A stretch of 64,000 nucleotides of DNA from the human T2T-CHM13v2.0 reference genome, Homo sapiens. Shown one piece after another: positions 25,099 through 38,402 of this stretch (the first letter of the stretch is position 1; the number at the start of each line of letters is the position of its first letter). Both the position numbers and the translations under genes were made by a program. Location of the stretch: NCBI RefSeq assembly GCF_009914755.1, contig NC_060929.1; one strand, given 5' to 3'. The notes beneath the pieces are model-generated. The model had not been told where the DNA came from. It worked only from the letters and a program-made list of their open reading frames with translations, and ran no database searches.

Positions 25099-27454
25099 GT
25101 GGGCCTTTCCCCAGCTTGCCCACTCTGGGTTCCGGCAGCCGGGCGACCGTAGTTTCCCATCCTGCGCACAGGCAGTGGGCAGGAGAGCGCTGTGGCCTGG
25201 AGATAGGGAGGGACCCCAAGCGCTCTGCCCCGAGCACGGGACAACGATAGTTAGGAGCCCCCCTGTGGGTTATTGACTTCCCTGTGGCTGTTACCCCCGT
25301 GTGTGTGTCTCCGTGTGCTGCCTGATGGTGTGTTTTTAAAATGTCAGAGAAGCAAACTCCTTCGTGTTTGTATCTGACTTGGTTGATCTGTGAAAGGATG
25401 CGATCTGGACATCTGGCGTGTCCCCACAACTCACCTCTGATTCTCCAAAGTGGGCGTTGTTTCCCACCGAAGCGCTTGGGCCGAGGGGCAGGGAGTTGAG
25501 GGGGAGAAATGGTGCCTTGGGGGTAAGAGGCAGGAGTAGGGTGGGGGGCAGCGGTAGCCGCGGAGTTGCCTGCGGAGGTTTCAGTGGCGCCAGCCCCCTG
25601 GGATCGCCCGCGGGTGGTTTTGGCGCGTCCCCGCAGCGTCGGTCCTCTGGGAGAAGAGGACTCCCCGCGCTCCCTCGGTGGCGCTGGCGTGCGCGCCTGC
25701 AGCTCCCGTTCAGACTTGTTTCCAGCTTGTCCAGATGAACGCTTGTCACCAAACCGAGTACAGATCGTCTTACCTTTTGCGGGGCGGAGCGGGGTGGGGG
25801 ATCTGTATCTGCCCAGTTTCCTGGAAGGATGTTCCTCCAGAACTTGTGGGTCGCTTCCTGACACACTGAGCATAGGACTCTGGTGTCCTTCTGGCTGCTC
25901 TGTCCGGCTTATTTTCTGCTTTTGGAGGACAGTTAAAGAAGTGTACAATTCTTCACGTCTCAGAGCCAGACTCAGTTTAAAAAAAAAAAAGATTGTTTGC
26001 TTTGGACGTTTCTTGTGGGGAAGTCATCTTGATCAGGCAGGGCCACAAATAAAACATCACCTTAACATAGACTTATTGTGAAATTAATTCCTGAGTGCCA
26101 GTGTTGTATTTTCCTCATCTTGGATGGGGTTAGCTTTAGTAAATAATTGCCTTTGTCCCTTAGAGTAAGCAATCAGAGGCCCCCAGCCTGGAAGCAAAAA
26201 CTGGATGTGGCACAAGGTTGAGAGGAGGCGAGTCCTAGCTTGGCAGAGATGGAACAAGCCTTAGCTGCTTAGCTGGTTCTTGGCCAAGCCACTTGCAGTA
26301 ACCATGACCCATTCCCTAATTCCCCTAAGCCCCCATTGCAAGGATCCTGGATAAGGGTCTGGAGGCCTGCTTTCTAGAACTGCCTCTGCTACTGAGTGGT
26401 GAGACCTTGGGTATATCATTTCACTCCTCTGAGGTTCAGTTCCATAATCTGTAAAAGGAGGAGCTTCAAGGTAAATTTCATTTTCACTCTCATACTCCTG
26501 TTTCGAATCAGGAATTTCAGATGAATCCATAGCTCCAAATCGATCCTAGCGGCGGGATGTCAGGAGTTTGCTGAGTTCCTCACCCACCGCAGAGCTACAT
26601 CCTAGCGGAGATGATCAAACCCTGTACTGCCCCAGCCTTCCTCGCTGATTACATCTCCCTTTCAAGGTGCGGGGCATGTGCCACGTGTTTGCCCCTTAAC
26701 TTCTGCCTCCACTTCTACAGATGAGCACACTGGCATTGGGAAGCTGGGGGTGTACCCTAACTTAATGATTCACCAATAGTTCCTAATTTAGTATTGCCGC
26801 TGGTGGAGAGTAGTTAGTTGCTTTATGTTTTCTATTTAGCTAGGAGGGTGCTCCATGGTAAGTGACATGGTCTTGCAGGTGGTGGGGAGGGATGTTGTCG
26901 GGGAACTTCTGATCCCCATTCTGTCGCTGATTTATTGCCTGGCCTCAGGGTGACAGTGCTTTGCTTTGTTGGAAGTGGATATAATGATAACTTATTTCAC
27001 AGGCAATGCAGTGAGAACTGGTTGATTGAAACACATTTTGGAAAGTGGAATGATTAAATAACATGGGTCACTATTTGTGAAATCTCAGAATTGCGTGTAA
27101 ACTGATACAGTATTGCAATTTATTATGTAACTTAACCTGCGGCATGGGATGCTGGAAATTTCCCAGGAGCAAAATCTTGACTTGCTCTGAGAATTTTAAA
27201 GTGAAACGAAAACCAAACCATGTAGTTTTTTCCCCTCTTATGGAGTAGAGGAGTGATAATCTTTGTGAAAGGGGTTGAAGTCCAGTGTGCATTTTCTGGT
27301 TCTTACACTGGTGATGGTATGGGGCAGGGGGGTGTTCACCTTCACTGTTTGTGGGGTTGTGGGCCTCTTTAAGGAGCAAATGAAACCTCTTTTGCCCCTC
27401 TCCTCAAAAAGCACACCAGAGGATTCGGGAATGCTGGGTGATAAACACTCATTT

Positions 27455-27665
27455 TAGTGGAAAGACGTGGGTTTGATTTCTAGCTCTGCCACCTTGACCA
27501 GTTGTGGGATTGTGGACCATTCAACTTCTGCAAATCTCAGCTTTCCTACCTTTAATGGGAATAATAGCATTAGAGTTAGGCATTTTACACATGCTATCTA
27601 ATTTAATCCTAGCACAGTAGCTAACATATAGCATCAAATGCCAAGTAAGTGTAAGTAAATATTAA
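27455..27665 (+). mobile_element. MIR containing an internal micro-inversion
   Basis: ctagctctgccac..tctcagctttcc..gggaataatag; segment 27581-27607 matches MIR only in reverse complement. Confidence 0.8.
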
Positions 27666-27998
27666 TTTTTTAAGGTCACTTTTGATGACATTTTGCAAAA
27701 TAGGAATACAAAGTTGGGTTGTCCTGTTATTTTATTGCTGCATAACTTATATGCTACCTACTGTCAGAGAATCGGAGGCTATGTCTACTTAGCTTATACT
27801 CATAAAATGGGAATAAACTGGGAAACAGTTTTTATTTGTCTCCAGTTATTTTGTGACAAGGCGATGTGAGTGTAATGTTATACTGTAGAAAGGCACTGAG
27901 TATAAAGCATTAAAAGGCTTGTGTGCAACTCAAAAAATGGAAAGAGGTTCATTTAAAATTGTTATGTCTAGCTTGGGAAATTGATTATTTCTAAAGGG

Positions 27999-28022
27999 GT
28001 GTGTGTGTGTGTGTGTGTGTGT
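27999..28022 (+). repeat. (GT)12 microsatellite
   Basis: Perfect run. Confidence 0.97.
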
Positions 28023-29394
28023 TTACAGTAACATTGTATCAAATTTTGAAAAGCAGTAAAATTCAAGCTTCTAGTATATTAGGGCAGTGCTAATTTCTTT
28101 GGCAACCTTGTTAAAACTGTTTTGAATGTATTTAGTAATGTCAACAGAGTTTGACTTATTTTTTACTTTATCTTACTGTCAATAATTGTATAAACTTCCA
28201 AAGTCTCACACACTTAAGTCTACCCTTTAAGCTTTTGGTGTCTTAAAAACAGTAGTTTAATGTGACAGTAATGGTAGTTTTTATGTCAAACACATGACAG
28301 CTAGACATACAGCATGACTTTTGTTTAAGGAAACTGTATCTGACTTTGGCTCTTTCCCCAAACCTTTGAATTTGGGGTCCGTGTGTGTTGAGGAGGTAGC
28401 ACACTTCATTTCTGAGAGTTAACACTGTCTAGATTGAAGGACTGTTCCCCTGACAACATCTCTGAGATTTGCCTTTAGGCATTCTGCCTTGTCCTTTTCC
28501 AAAACACCCTGTGATGACTTTAAGAAAGTACTTGGGTGCTGTTTGGTAACTGTCTCAGCAAACTGGCCGAGGGCAGGAATTTTGTCTTTGTACGCCTAGC
28601 ATGGTACAGTTAATATATTAGTAGGTGCTCAGTAAATATATGTTGAATGAATGAGAAAAAATGGCATCTATGAAAATAGTTGCACATTTGATTGAAGGGT
28701 ACCTGTGTGTATTCATTGATTTTGTCTGTTGTGAATTATGATATGCAAACCTCTAGATCTCTTATCAAGAGAAACATTGTGGATCACAGTGAGAAACGTA
28801 CAATTTTTCCAGGTAAATTTTGAACAAAGTCAAATCATTGAGGTTTCACTCAGAATGCTTTTGAAGAGACTTGTATATTAACTGTTACTGACTCCTTTTC
28901 ACTGTGTTTATTAGAACTTGAAACGTGCTGGGATCCTTAGAATGGCAGAAAAGGGCTTAGTAAGTAAGAGGATTTCCAACTCAACAAGAGACAACCCATG
29001 TATACTCTGCTACACTAAGGGACTTATTTTGTTGGTATAAGTTAGGAAATGGTTTCTCTTATTAACAATAGGCTTACAGTGATAGGATGACTTTAAATTG
29101 TTCTATTAAGTGGTATATGAGCATGACGACTGCTTTTAATATTTTGGATGTGTTTATGGAGTGGGGGGTTTCCCACGTGTACTAATGCAGTAGATGAGTT
29201 TCTGGTGTTTGTTGGTTAAGACATTAATAGCAAAAAGCAAGCAAGAATTCAGCAAAGCTTTTCATTGAATTTATATTTTATTAATCACAGAAGCTACATA
29301 ATTCTAAAAGAGTAGTGCATAAATCTTGGCATATTTATTATTTAGTCTACTTTTGGACTCTACCAAATTCAGTAAGAGCCACAAGATCAGAAAA

Positions 29395-29920
29395 TCAGTC
29401 AACCAAAATGTATTGAGTCTGACTCTGAGACATCGTCCTGGGCACAGAGATGGTTTTGACCCCAGGGAGCTTCAACTCTAGTTGGGGAGATAGTCACTAA
29501 ATATGTGATTATGAATTAATTGGTTTCAAAAAGTGGCAAATGGGGAACAGGCTGTGAGGTAGCATGTGGCTGCACTTGTAAGTCACTGAGTCTGGTGTTA
29601 AGGACTGAGTCACTGAGGAAGTGATCTGTGAGCTGAGACCCCCAGGATGAGCAGGAGTTAGGTGGGGGAGGGCAAGGGAAGGACAGGTGTGATCCAGGTA
29701 GCAGGAGGCCTTGAAGCAGGAGAGAGCATGGGTCCATGGCTCTGAGAGGATTCTGAGTTGTTAGGTGTGGAGGAGAGAAGAGCATGACATCTCATGACAT
29801 TTGATAGAGAAGCAGCAGCCGGGTCATACAGAGCTGTCTGGACTTTATTCTAGAGGCAATGGGAGCCATTGAAGGATTTGAAGCAAAGAAGTGACATGAT
29901 CAGATTTGTATTTTGGGAGG
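29395..29920 (-). mobile_element. L2 fragment
   Basis: tcaaccaaaatgtattgagt..tgagctgagacc..ggactttattctagaggcaatgggagccattgaagg..gtgacatgatcagattt. Confidence 0.8.
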
Positions 29921-30067
29921 GTCAGGAAGTATGAAGCCCACCTGCTGGGAACTGTTGATATAGCCTAATCGTTCCAGAGTTGGAATTGATAACCTGAGAA
30001 GATGTCCCTTTAGCAAATTGTGTGGGGGTGAGATGCGATTGTCCCTAGTAGCTTAGGTACTCCAGGT

Positions 30068-30154
30068 ATATGCATATACCTATGAAATACATACATATGA
30101 ATACATATGAAATACGTGTGAAATACAATATGAAAATACATACATATGAAATAC
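30068..30154 (+). repeat. Imperfect AT-rich tandem repeat (ATATGAAATAC-like units)
   Basis: tatgaaatac / catatgaatac variants repeated about six times. Confidence 0.75.
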
Positions 30155-30904
30155 TTTTGATCTGTTGAAGAGAACATCTTAGTGTTAATGCTACTTTTCA
30201 CTGCCATACCATTGTAACTCTAGTATTGAAGGAAAAACTTTATTACCATGACGGGAGAGTGAGGAGAGGGTCTTGTGAATGCCCATTTCCAGAGTAAATT
30301 TCAGGGACAGATTTACCTGGGGTGAGCATGAAGGGAGATGGTCTGAGGTTGTGCCTCTCTGTTGACAGGAAGTGTGGTGTTTGGGTACTAACACGCATTA
30401 CCAGTCTTTCTTGGATTTTCCTAAAGAGGAAAGGGTCACTACCAAAGAACGAAGGCTTTTACCCTTTCCACTCTGGTCTGAAGTACTCCAGGGAATGTCA
30501 AATACTTAACATTTTGCCAGTGTTTTAGAGCCTGTGACAAAGGCTATCCACTCAGACCTAGTGGATACAGTGCAGGAGTCCAGGCGGATTTTTTTTTTTT
30601 TCTAGTTTGGCTTTGTAAGGAAGGTCATGGAAGTGGGGTATAAAGATGATAAACTGGAAAAAGAATCCTCATAGGACGTGTCCCACAGTGAGAAGGGTCC
30701 ATGACCTGGTGGCTTGGCCTTAGAAAAAGCTGAGTGGGGGCTAGGGGGTGTGCATCTTAGAAGAGATGATTGTGTGTTTTAGATGAAAACCACCCTGCGT
30801 GTTTTCTGGTTATGTTCTTACATTCTATAGTGTTGCCAGAAAGGGCTTGCATTCTTCTCCTTCATTCCTTTAGAGCTAGCAGCCAGTGTTTCCCTGCTTT
30901 GAGG

Positions 30905-31100
30905 TCAGAGTCTGTAGTGACTAAGGGGACAGACTTTGGCTAGGTTCTTATTGCTGAGGCTGTTTCCTCATCTGTAAAATGGGCCTGTAGTTTTTATTCC
31001 TGAGGGTCATTATAAGGATTAATGAGATGTTTTATGGAGAGTACCCAGCATGGTGTGTGGTGCTTAGTAAGCACTCCATAATGGTATTTGCTACTATTAC
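30905..31100 (+). mobile_element. MIR
   Basis: gtttcctcatctgtaaaatggg..aggattaatgaga..tagtaagcactc. Confidence 0.85.
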
Positions 31101-34100
31101 CGAGTGTGGAAAAGCTGGTTTATGCAGGGTATTGGTACCATCAGCACCATAGGCAGGTACATAATAAGCAAGAAACCTACAAGTCCCTTGCCTGATGGAT
31201 TATGCTTCTAGCATATTTTGTTGGTAGTCCTGGCAGGCTTTCATTCATGAGTAGGTAGATATGTAACAGTTATCCCTTTTAATTTCATGGGCAGAGCATT
31301 CATTATGAGGTACTAACAGCAAAGCTTTATTGTATATGATTCATTAACCCTTCTGTTAAGACACCGTTTCTCTTTTGCTCATGGAACCTGTTCTTAGTGA
31401 TCAGTTATTAAATAATATCCTGCAAGATTTTATGAACATGTAAATTACTAGCTGCACCCAGAGATTTAGTCAGAAGGCAGTGTGTCAGCCATGTCCTGGG
31501 GCTAGTGACATGACCATGTACTTCATTTCAGCTTCCTAGAATAATGATTTGGGGGATGAGAAAGGAGTAGGAAGGAAATCAGGTGATTATCTGGAAGTCA
31601 ACCTTGGTTCATATAAGCATGAAAGATGGTGCAAGGCAGATGGTATGCAGCCATCCCAACTTCTCAGAGGGGAAATCTGTTAGGAATGCAATAGAACTTT
31701 CAAAAATACAAGAACTCCTGTATGCAGATTACCTAACACAAATTCTGTTTTGTCTCCTTGGAACAGTATAAACATTTTGGTTTTTAAGACAAAAATGCAA
31801 ATAACCTAGTAGCCCTTTTGATATAACTCAAGCTGGTGCAGTGATTGCAGTTCACTTCTCTTCCAAACAACTGGTGTTCTGCTCTGTGCACTTGTTCAGG
31901 CTAACATTTACACAACTTTGCATCATTTAGTTCAGAGCATCTTGTTCTCTTTTATGTGTCCAGTATTTTGTCTGGCTTCTTATTTGATGATGTTATTTTA
32001 GGTTAAAGCATACCAAAATACAAAATTAAGCAGAAGTTGGTTTCGCCAACAGCTGCTGCGCATTTGTGTTTTTCCCTTTCTTCACCCTTCTCTCATCGCC
32101 CTTTCACCTGGTTCAGAATTCCTAGGAGGGATTGGATAATAGTCATCTGTGCTTCCAGGGTTAGGAGAGAAAGCCATGCCCTAAATGTGAAATGCTGGTT
32201 CAGGACTGTGGTCCTTGGTACAGACACATACTCTGAAGTCACATTTAAGTTTATGGAACTTGTGTGAAATTCCTGGTGGCGATTCCAGCCTCCCTTAATG
32301 AAAAGCAGTCACTGCTTATTTAATGATTTGAATTCATAACTAGACACATGTCTGTGAGACAGCTTATAAATTTGTATCCTAGGCCTGTACTCTTGCCAGC
32401 CCATCAATTCCCCTCTCAGACACAGTCGATATAATTTTGATTATGATACTTACCTCCACTGAACCTTTCAGTCCAAATGCTTTGTAATGATACTGGGGAA
32501 GGGGGAATGATGGTAGGTGGGAGGGAAGATGGAATACTGATAAATTGAACTTCTTAACTAATTTTATAGGCTATCATGTGGAAAATGAAAATTTAATTTT
32601 AATGTTCTTGGTTTGTGCTTTTGCGGTGTTTTCAGTGGGCAGCAGGATCACAGGTGCACCCAATTTAGTGTGGGTAGATGACTGTCTGTTAAACTCACAT
32701 CAGATGTGGGTCTTTTGGCCTCTGCCTTAGAACTTGGCTAGCTCCTTTTTTTGATAAGCTGAGAATTTAGGTGTGTTCCTTTCTGGCTGGTGATTTTGTG
32801 CCTCTTTGTGTTTGTCTAACAAAAATAATCTCAGACTTCCTTCTTAACATTTTTCTTTTCAGGCATTTCTCCATACAGAGATAGATGTACTTGCTGCAAT
32901 GCAGGAAGGGCCTCAGGGCCTCATCAGTGGTAGGGAAACTAAGTCAAATTGGGTTAAAATTGGAGGTTAAACTATTAGGTCGGTGTACACAGTCACTGAG
33001 ACTGACATTCACAAAATCCTCACATTTGAAATTACTTCTTAGGGCAGTCATAGCCAGCGAAATTGCATTATGGTATTGAAATGGAATGAAGTTGTGATGA
33101 AATCTATTTTGTGTATAAAAGTTCAACAACTAATTTCACAAATTAGTTTATGAAATAAATTAGTTCCCTATAAGCATATCTACCTCCTACATAAGACAAA
33201 CTCACAAAATTTGCTTTTTACTCACATACTTTTAGCTGGAGTGGCTTGATTGAAATAACCTGAGCCCTCACCTAGGCTTCATTTGAAGAGTGGCTCTGAG
33301 GATACTTAGATGCAGCCAAGAAGAGGAGGGGAGGATTGCTCTGGAGGAAAACTCAGGCCCAGAGAAAGAAATACAGAAAGGTTTTACTTCAAGAGGAGAG
33401 TTTCAGACATCCTAAATGAGCAGAATATATACCTGCAAAACCCAAGAAAATGTTGACTTTCCCGTCCTCATGGCTCTTAGCAGACTGGTAAGTAGAAGCG
33501 CCCTGTTAAGTCTATGCAACCTGAGTTTGAAAATTGAGGGTGCCTGAGCAGGAGAGCGAATGAGAGGAAAATTACTTGTCAAGTAAGACTGTCCCTTTGC
33601 CTTATATTTTGGTACTTTACTGTTCAAAATACTACATTGGTAAATTTTAATTCACATACTTTTTTCTTTCCTTGGAATTACTTGGTTATTTGTTCTACAG
33701 TCAGTGACCAAGTCTCCCTAATTGGCTACCCTGGTTTATTGTTGCTTGGGGAGTGGGACAGTCCCCAAAGAGCCTGTAAGACCCCTGAGGGTCAGCTTTA
33801 ATCCACGGTGATTGTTGGGTTCTCGCCACGATGCATGCAGATTCCCTTTTCAGAGGACAAGGGATTAAAGGGAAATTACAACTTGGAACTCTTGATTTTT
33901 CTCCTTAGAAACCTCAATATCGTTTTTGTTTTCAAGATTTCCACTTTTGACATTAAAACATTTCTACCCAGAGAAAGCTTAGCCTAAGTGTGTGAGCAGC
34001 AGCCTGAGGGCAACCGTTTTAGAATTATCAGGTAAGACTGGTTGGGAACAGTTATGCTAGTAGAGTAACAACAATGACAATTTTGTAACCTGCTAAAATC

Positions 34101-34922
34101 ATATCATTTTATATTCTTTTAAAGTTATTTCTGAATCACCAGTTTCTGTGTATCAGGTTACCTGTCATTCCTTGTTCTTATTCTTGCTTCTTTTTTTCTT
34201 CTTCTCTATCTATAGTTTTATCATCAGACCTTTAAAAAGAACACAACAAATGCTTTAGCTAGAAGATGGCAGAAAAGCCTCTTGTTAAACAGAATGTTTG
34301 GGGGCAAAGCCTTTTTTGGTTACTGAATTTTATGATTCATAAAAGATTAATTTGAAAGTTCTTCTTGTTCTCACCTTGTTGCTTGCTTCTTTTTCTAGAA
34401 TGTCATGGTATGTTTTCTTGCCTTATTCTGTGCTGAACAAGCTATTTTTTTTTAAATAATTGGACATCTTGTAATGCTTTAGGGCTCTCTGGCCATCAGT
34501 CATCTTTGAAAACTATTGAAGATGTGAAGGTAGAAAGTGAGTATAAAATTGTGCTGTTAACAAAAGTAGTTATCTTGATTTCTCTTTTCTCACTTTAAAA
34601 GCTGAAGTTAGCAAAATAAGTTCTGTTTTTGGAGGTTTGTGCTGCATTATCTTTGTTCCTGCATTGTGCCAGGTTTTGCATATATGTTGTTAATATTTGT
34701 AGTACTTACAGTTTGCACAGCCTTTTCTCATATTGCCTATTTTCTATAAATTTCTCTTCGTGAATCTCTCCCACTGGTTTGTGAACCCCTCAGGTGGAAA
34801 CCATGTCATATCAACTCAAATCTTGCAACAGGGAGGGTGCATGGCATATAGTGGGTAAAAATAATACATTACACAAAATCGCACTTGAGACATAATGTGT
34901 GGCGAAGCAACATTCTGAAAGT

Positions 34923-35078
34923 GAATTTGCTCATTTAAATTAAATATTAAATGAGTATATGAATTTACTCATTTAAATATTAAATGAGTATATGAATTTA
35001 CTCATTTAAATATTAAATGAGTATATGAATATACTCATTTAAATTAAATATTAAATGAGTGTATGAATTTACTCATTT
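34923..35078. repeat. AT-rich minisatellite of palindromic 33/38-bp units (~4.4 copies)
   Basis: Unit gaatttactcatttaaatattaaatgagtatat; units start at 34923, 34961, 34994, 35027 and 35065 (partial). Confidence 0.95.
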
Positions 35079-35999
35079 TCACACAAGCCTTTTTGAAATT
35101 CAATTGATCATTAAATTGGTCTACACTACCATGTTACAGCTAAGTGACCCATTCAACCTCATACAAGTGAGGAGGAGAATAGTAGGGAGATACTGGGACA
35201 AGGGCAGGTTTGAGGAGATCATCAAGCCTCTTGGTCATCTCTGCATCCCAGAGCCTGGCACAGAACCTTGCATGATGTGGCACACAATGATCAATTGCTG
35301 AATAAATGAGAATGCCATTTAGGGGATAGGTTGCTCTGCACTTAGCATAAAAGTTTAGATTAAGCGTCTGTAGAACTTTTGTTAAGGTTAGTGCTAAGAC
35401 ATAAAGCTGCTATAATCCTGGGTTTTAGGACACCAGTTAATGGGATAAGTGAGTTTCTACAAATGAAAGAGTTTGCCTGTAACCCAATTCTTATTTTCCT
35501 GTTGGCTTTGGGGAGTTGTATTCTGCCAGGATAATTCTTGGTTATTCATTAAAATTATACTTGTAGCAGTTAAGGCATTTTTGGCCACATGTTAAAAGGA
35601 ATTATTTTGGTTTCTGATGAAGTATTGACAGCTAGCTTTAACATGTTAACAGTAATATTGGGCTGTACTCAGTTCTCAGGGTAATGCTGCTGTGAGTGGA
35701 AATGGATTGCAGGAATTTGGTCAGTAGTGAAAGTATTGGCCTGGAAATTGGGGAATCTGAACTCCTGCCTTGGCTTCTTGCTAGGCAAGTTATTAGCATC
35801 TCTGATCCTCATCTGTGATGAAATAAGAGGTCCTTCTTAGCTACAGTTTTTTTATTTGCCTCTTATTACAAAATATTACCTTTAAAACTTAGTTTTCATC
35901 ACTCTATACTTTTTTAGGAACTGTTGATTGACATTTTCTTTTTGACGGACTTGATAATTGGTGTTTTCTGATTTGTCAATAGGCACCTATTCTTCCTGT

Positions 36000-36490
<491 letters not shown>

Positions 36491-37473
36491 TATATACATT
36501 CTTGACGGGAATTCTCAAAAGGATCCTTACTCATGAATTCTACCTTTCAGATAATGCTTACATAGGAAAATATGGACGACTTATATGTTCTGCTTTAATT
36601 CTTTTACACTTATTTGGTATGTCTCTGTCAGTATCCCTAGCAAGTGTTGAGGGTACTGTCTCTCACCTCCCAATCCCTGCGGAGGAGTTTGACTCCAGAG
36701 GACATGGTCAGTTCTGTGTTTGTCTTGATGCTGGAGCACTCTGTTGTGTCATCTCACCCATTCAAATGCTCAGGCTTCTGTGTGGCTTTTGAAATACTTA
36801 CATTCTTTGAATAGTCATTCTGAGCATGGCACGTCAGTTTTAGAATAAGTCTTGTAATAGATGGCTGGTAGAAGCAGCAGGGGAAAGCGGGGGGCGGGGG
36901 GGAGAACGCGAGTCTTCTTCTCAGTACAGGGTAACTTTAGAACCTGTGAATTAGGATCTTAACTGTCTGACCTAGGACTGTCCTTTAGAAAATGCTGTGG
37001 TGTGGCTATCTGTTGAGTTGTTTTTGAAGTAATCTTAACACTAGAAGATATTGTTCTAGATGGAATCACAAAGGATGGTTTTTGGTGCCAACCCTTGGAG
37101 ACTGAGTGTGGAATTGGATCTTTCTCCCTTAGATTTTTTTTTTTTTTTTTTTCCCTGTAAATCCTTGGATCAGTGGCAGAGTCTGCAGGCTCCAAACAGA
37201 AAGACTTGGGTTTGGATTTTTCCTGCTGCCTGGGATGATTTTCCTTTGGCTACGTGTCACAAGTCTATCACTCCTGTGTCCTAGACCAACTACTTCTGAT
37301 TTTAAAAAGTTAGTCTTTTATTTAAAAAGGTTTGTAGGATCTCCGTTTCCCTGGGCAGCCAGGGCTTTCCTGTATGTTCTGGACATAGCTGCCCAGCCCT
37401 TAAAGTGGACTGAAAGTCTATTTGCATAGTTAAATTGAAATCTATCAAAACTTGTTTTGTACCAATGCACTAC

Positions 37474-37904
<431 letters not shown>

Positions 37905-37979
37905 TAGTACCATACACTTCACACCCAAAACTAATGGGTGTGAAGCCAACCAAAAGAAACCACCATCTTGGCATATATC

Positions 37980-38402
37980 TGTGCTTTAGTTTCCTTTAGT
38001 GCCACTACAAAGTACCACACATTAGGTGACCTAAGCAACATAAATTTATTGTCTCACAGTTCTGGTGGTTAGAAGTCCAAAATCAGGGTGTTGGCAGGGA
38101 TTAGGTTGGTGCAAAATTATTTGCAGTTTTTGCCAAAGGGCAAAAACTGCAATTACTTTTGCACCACCCTAATGGTGATTGGTTTTAAATCACCATTTAA
38201 AGGAACGATCTGTTCCATGCCTCTTTGTCAGCTTCTGGTAGCCTCAGGTGCTCCTTGGTTTGCAGATGGCCACCTTCTTCCAGTGTTCTCACATTTTCTC
38301 TCTGTGCATGTCTGTCTCTGTCCACATTTCCCCTTTTTATAAGGATACCAGTCATTTTGGATTAGGGCTTACCCTAGAGACCCAGCTTGATTACCTCTGT
38401 AA
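37980..38402 (-). mobile_element. MLT1B/C-like MaLR LTR interrupted by MADE1
   Basis: aaatttattgtctcacagttctgg..agaagtccaaaatcagggtgttggcaggg ... tctgttccatgcctct..tataaggataccagtcat..ggattagggc. Confidence 0.85.
38101..38172. mobile_element. MADE1 (Hsmar1-derived mariner MITE)
   Basis: ttaggttggtgcaaaa..ttgcagtttttgcc / ggcaaaaactgcaattacttttgcacc.cctaa; 34-bp inverted arms, 31 of 34 complementary. Confidence 0.95.

Larger units (their letters stand above)
24130..25800. promoter_or_regulatory. MAST4: CpG island spanning the MAST4 promoter, exon 1 and start of intron 1
   Basis: Abrupt GC- and CpG-rich block in otherwise CpG-depleted AT-rich DNA. Confidence 0.95.

Noticed and set aside
25099-25152. 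ORF continuation VGLSPACPLWVPAAGRP*
   Set aside because: Lies past the GT donor; it is intronic read-through, not MAST4 sequence.
24560-25948. 462-aa minus-strand ORF and other long overlapping ORFs across the CpG island
   Set aside because: Non-ATG starts, low-complexity Arg/Pro/Ala/Gly content and no recognisable domain. Stop codons are simply rare in GC-rich DNA.
26543-26608. Direct repeat atcctagcgg twice, 56 bp apart
   Set aside because: Only 10 bp with nothing recognisable between the copies; cannot be distinguished from chance.
33128-33148. 9-bp hairpin aactaattt-cac-aaattagtt
   Set aside because: Short AT-rich stem of a kind common by chance.
34923-35078. CRISPR-like appearance of palindromic repeats
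   Set aside because: Units are contiguous without unique spacers, the context is a mammalian intron, and there are no cas genes.
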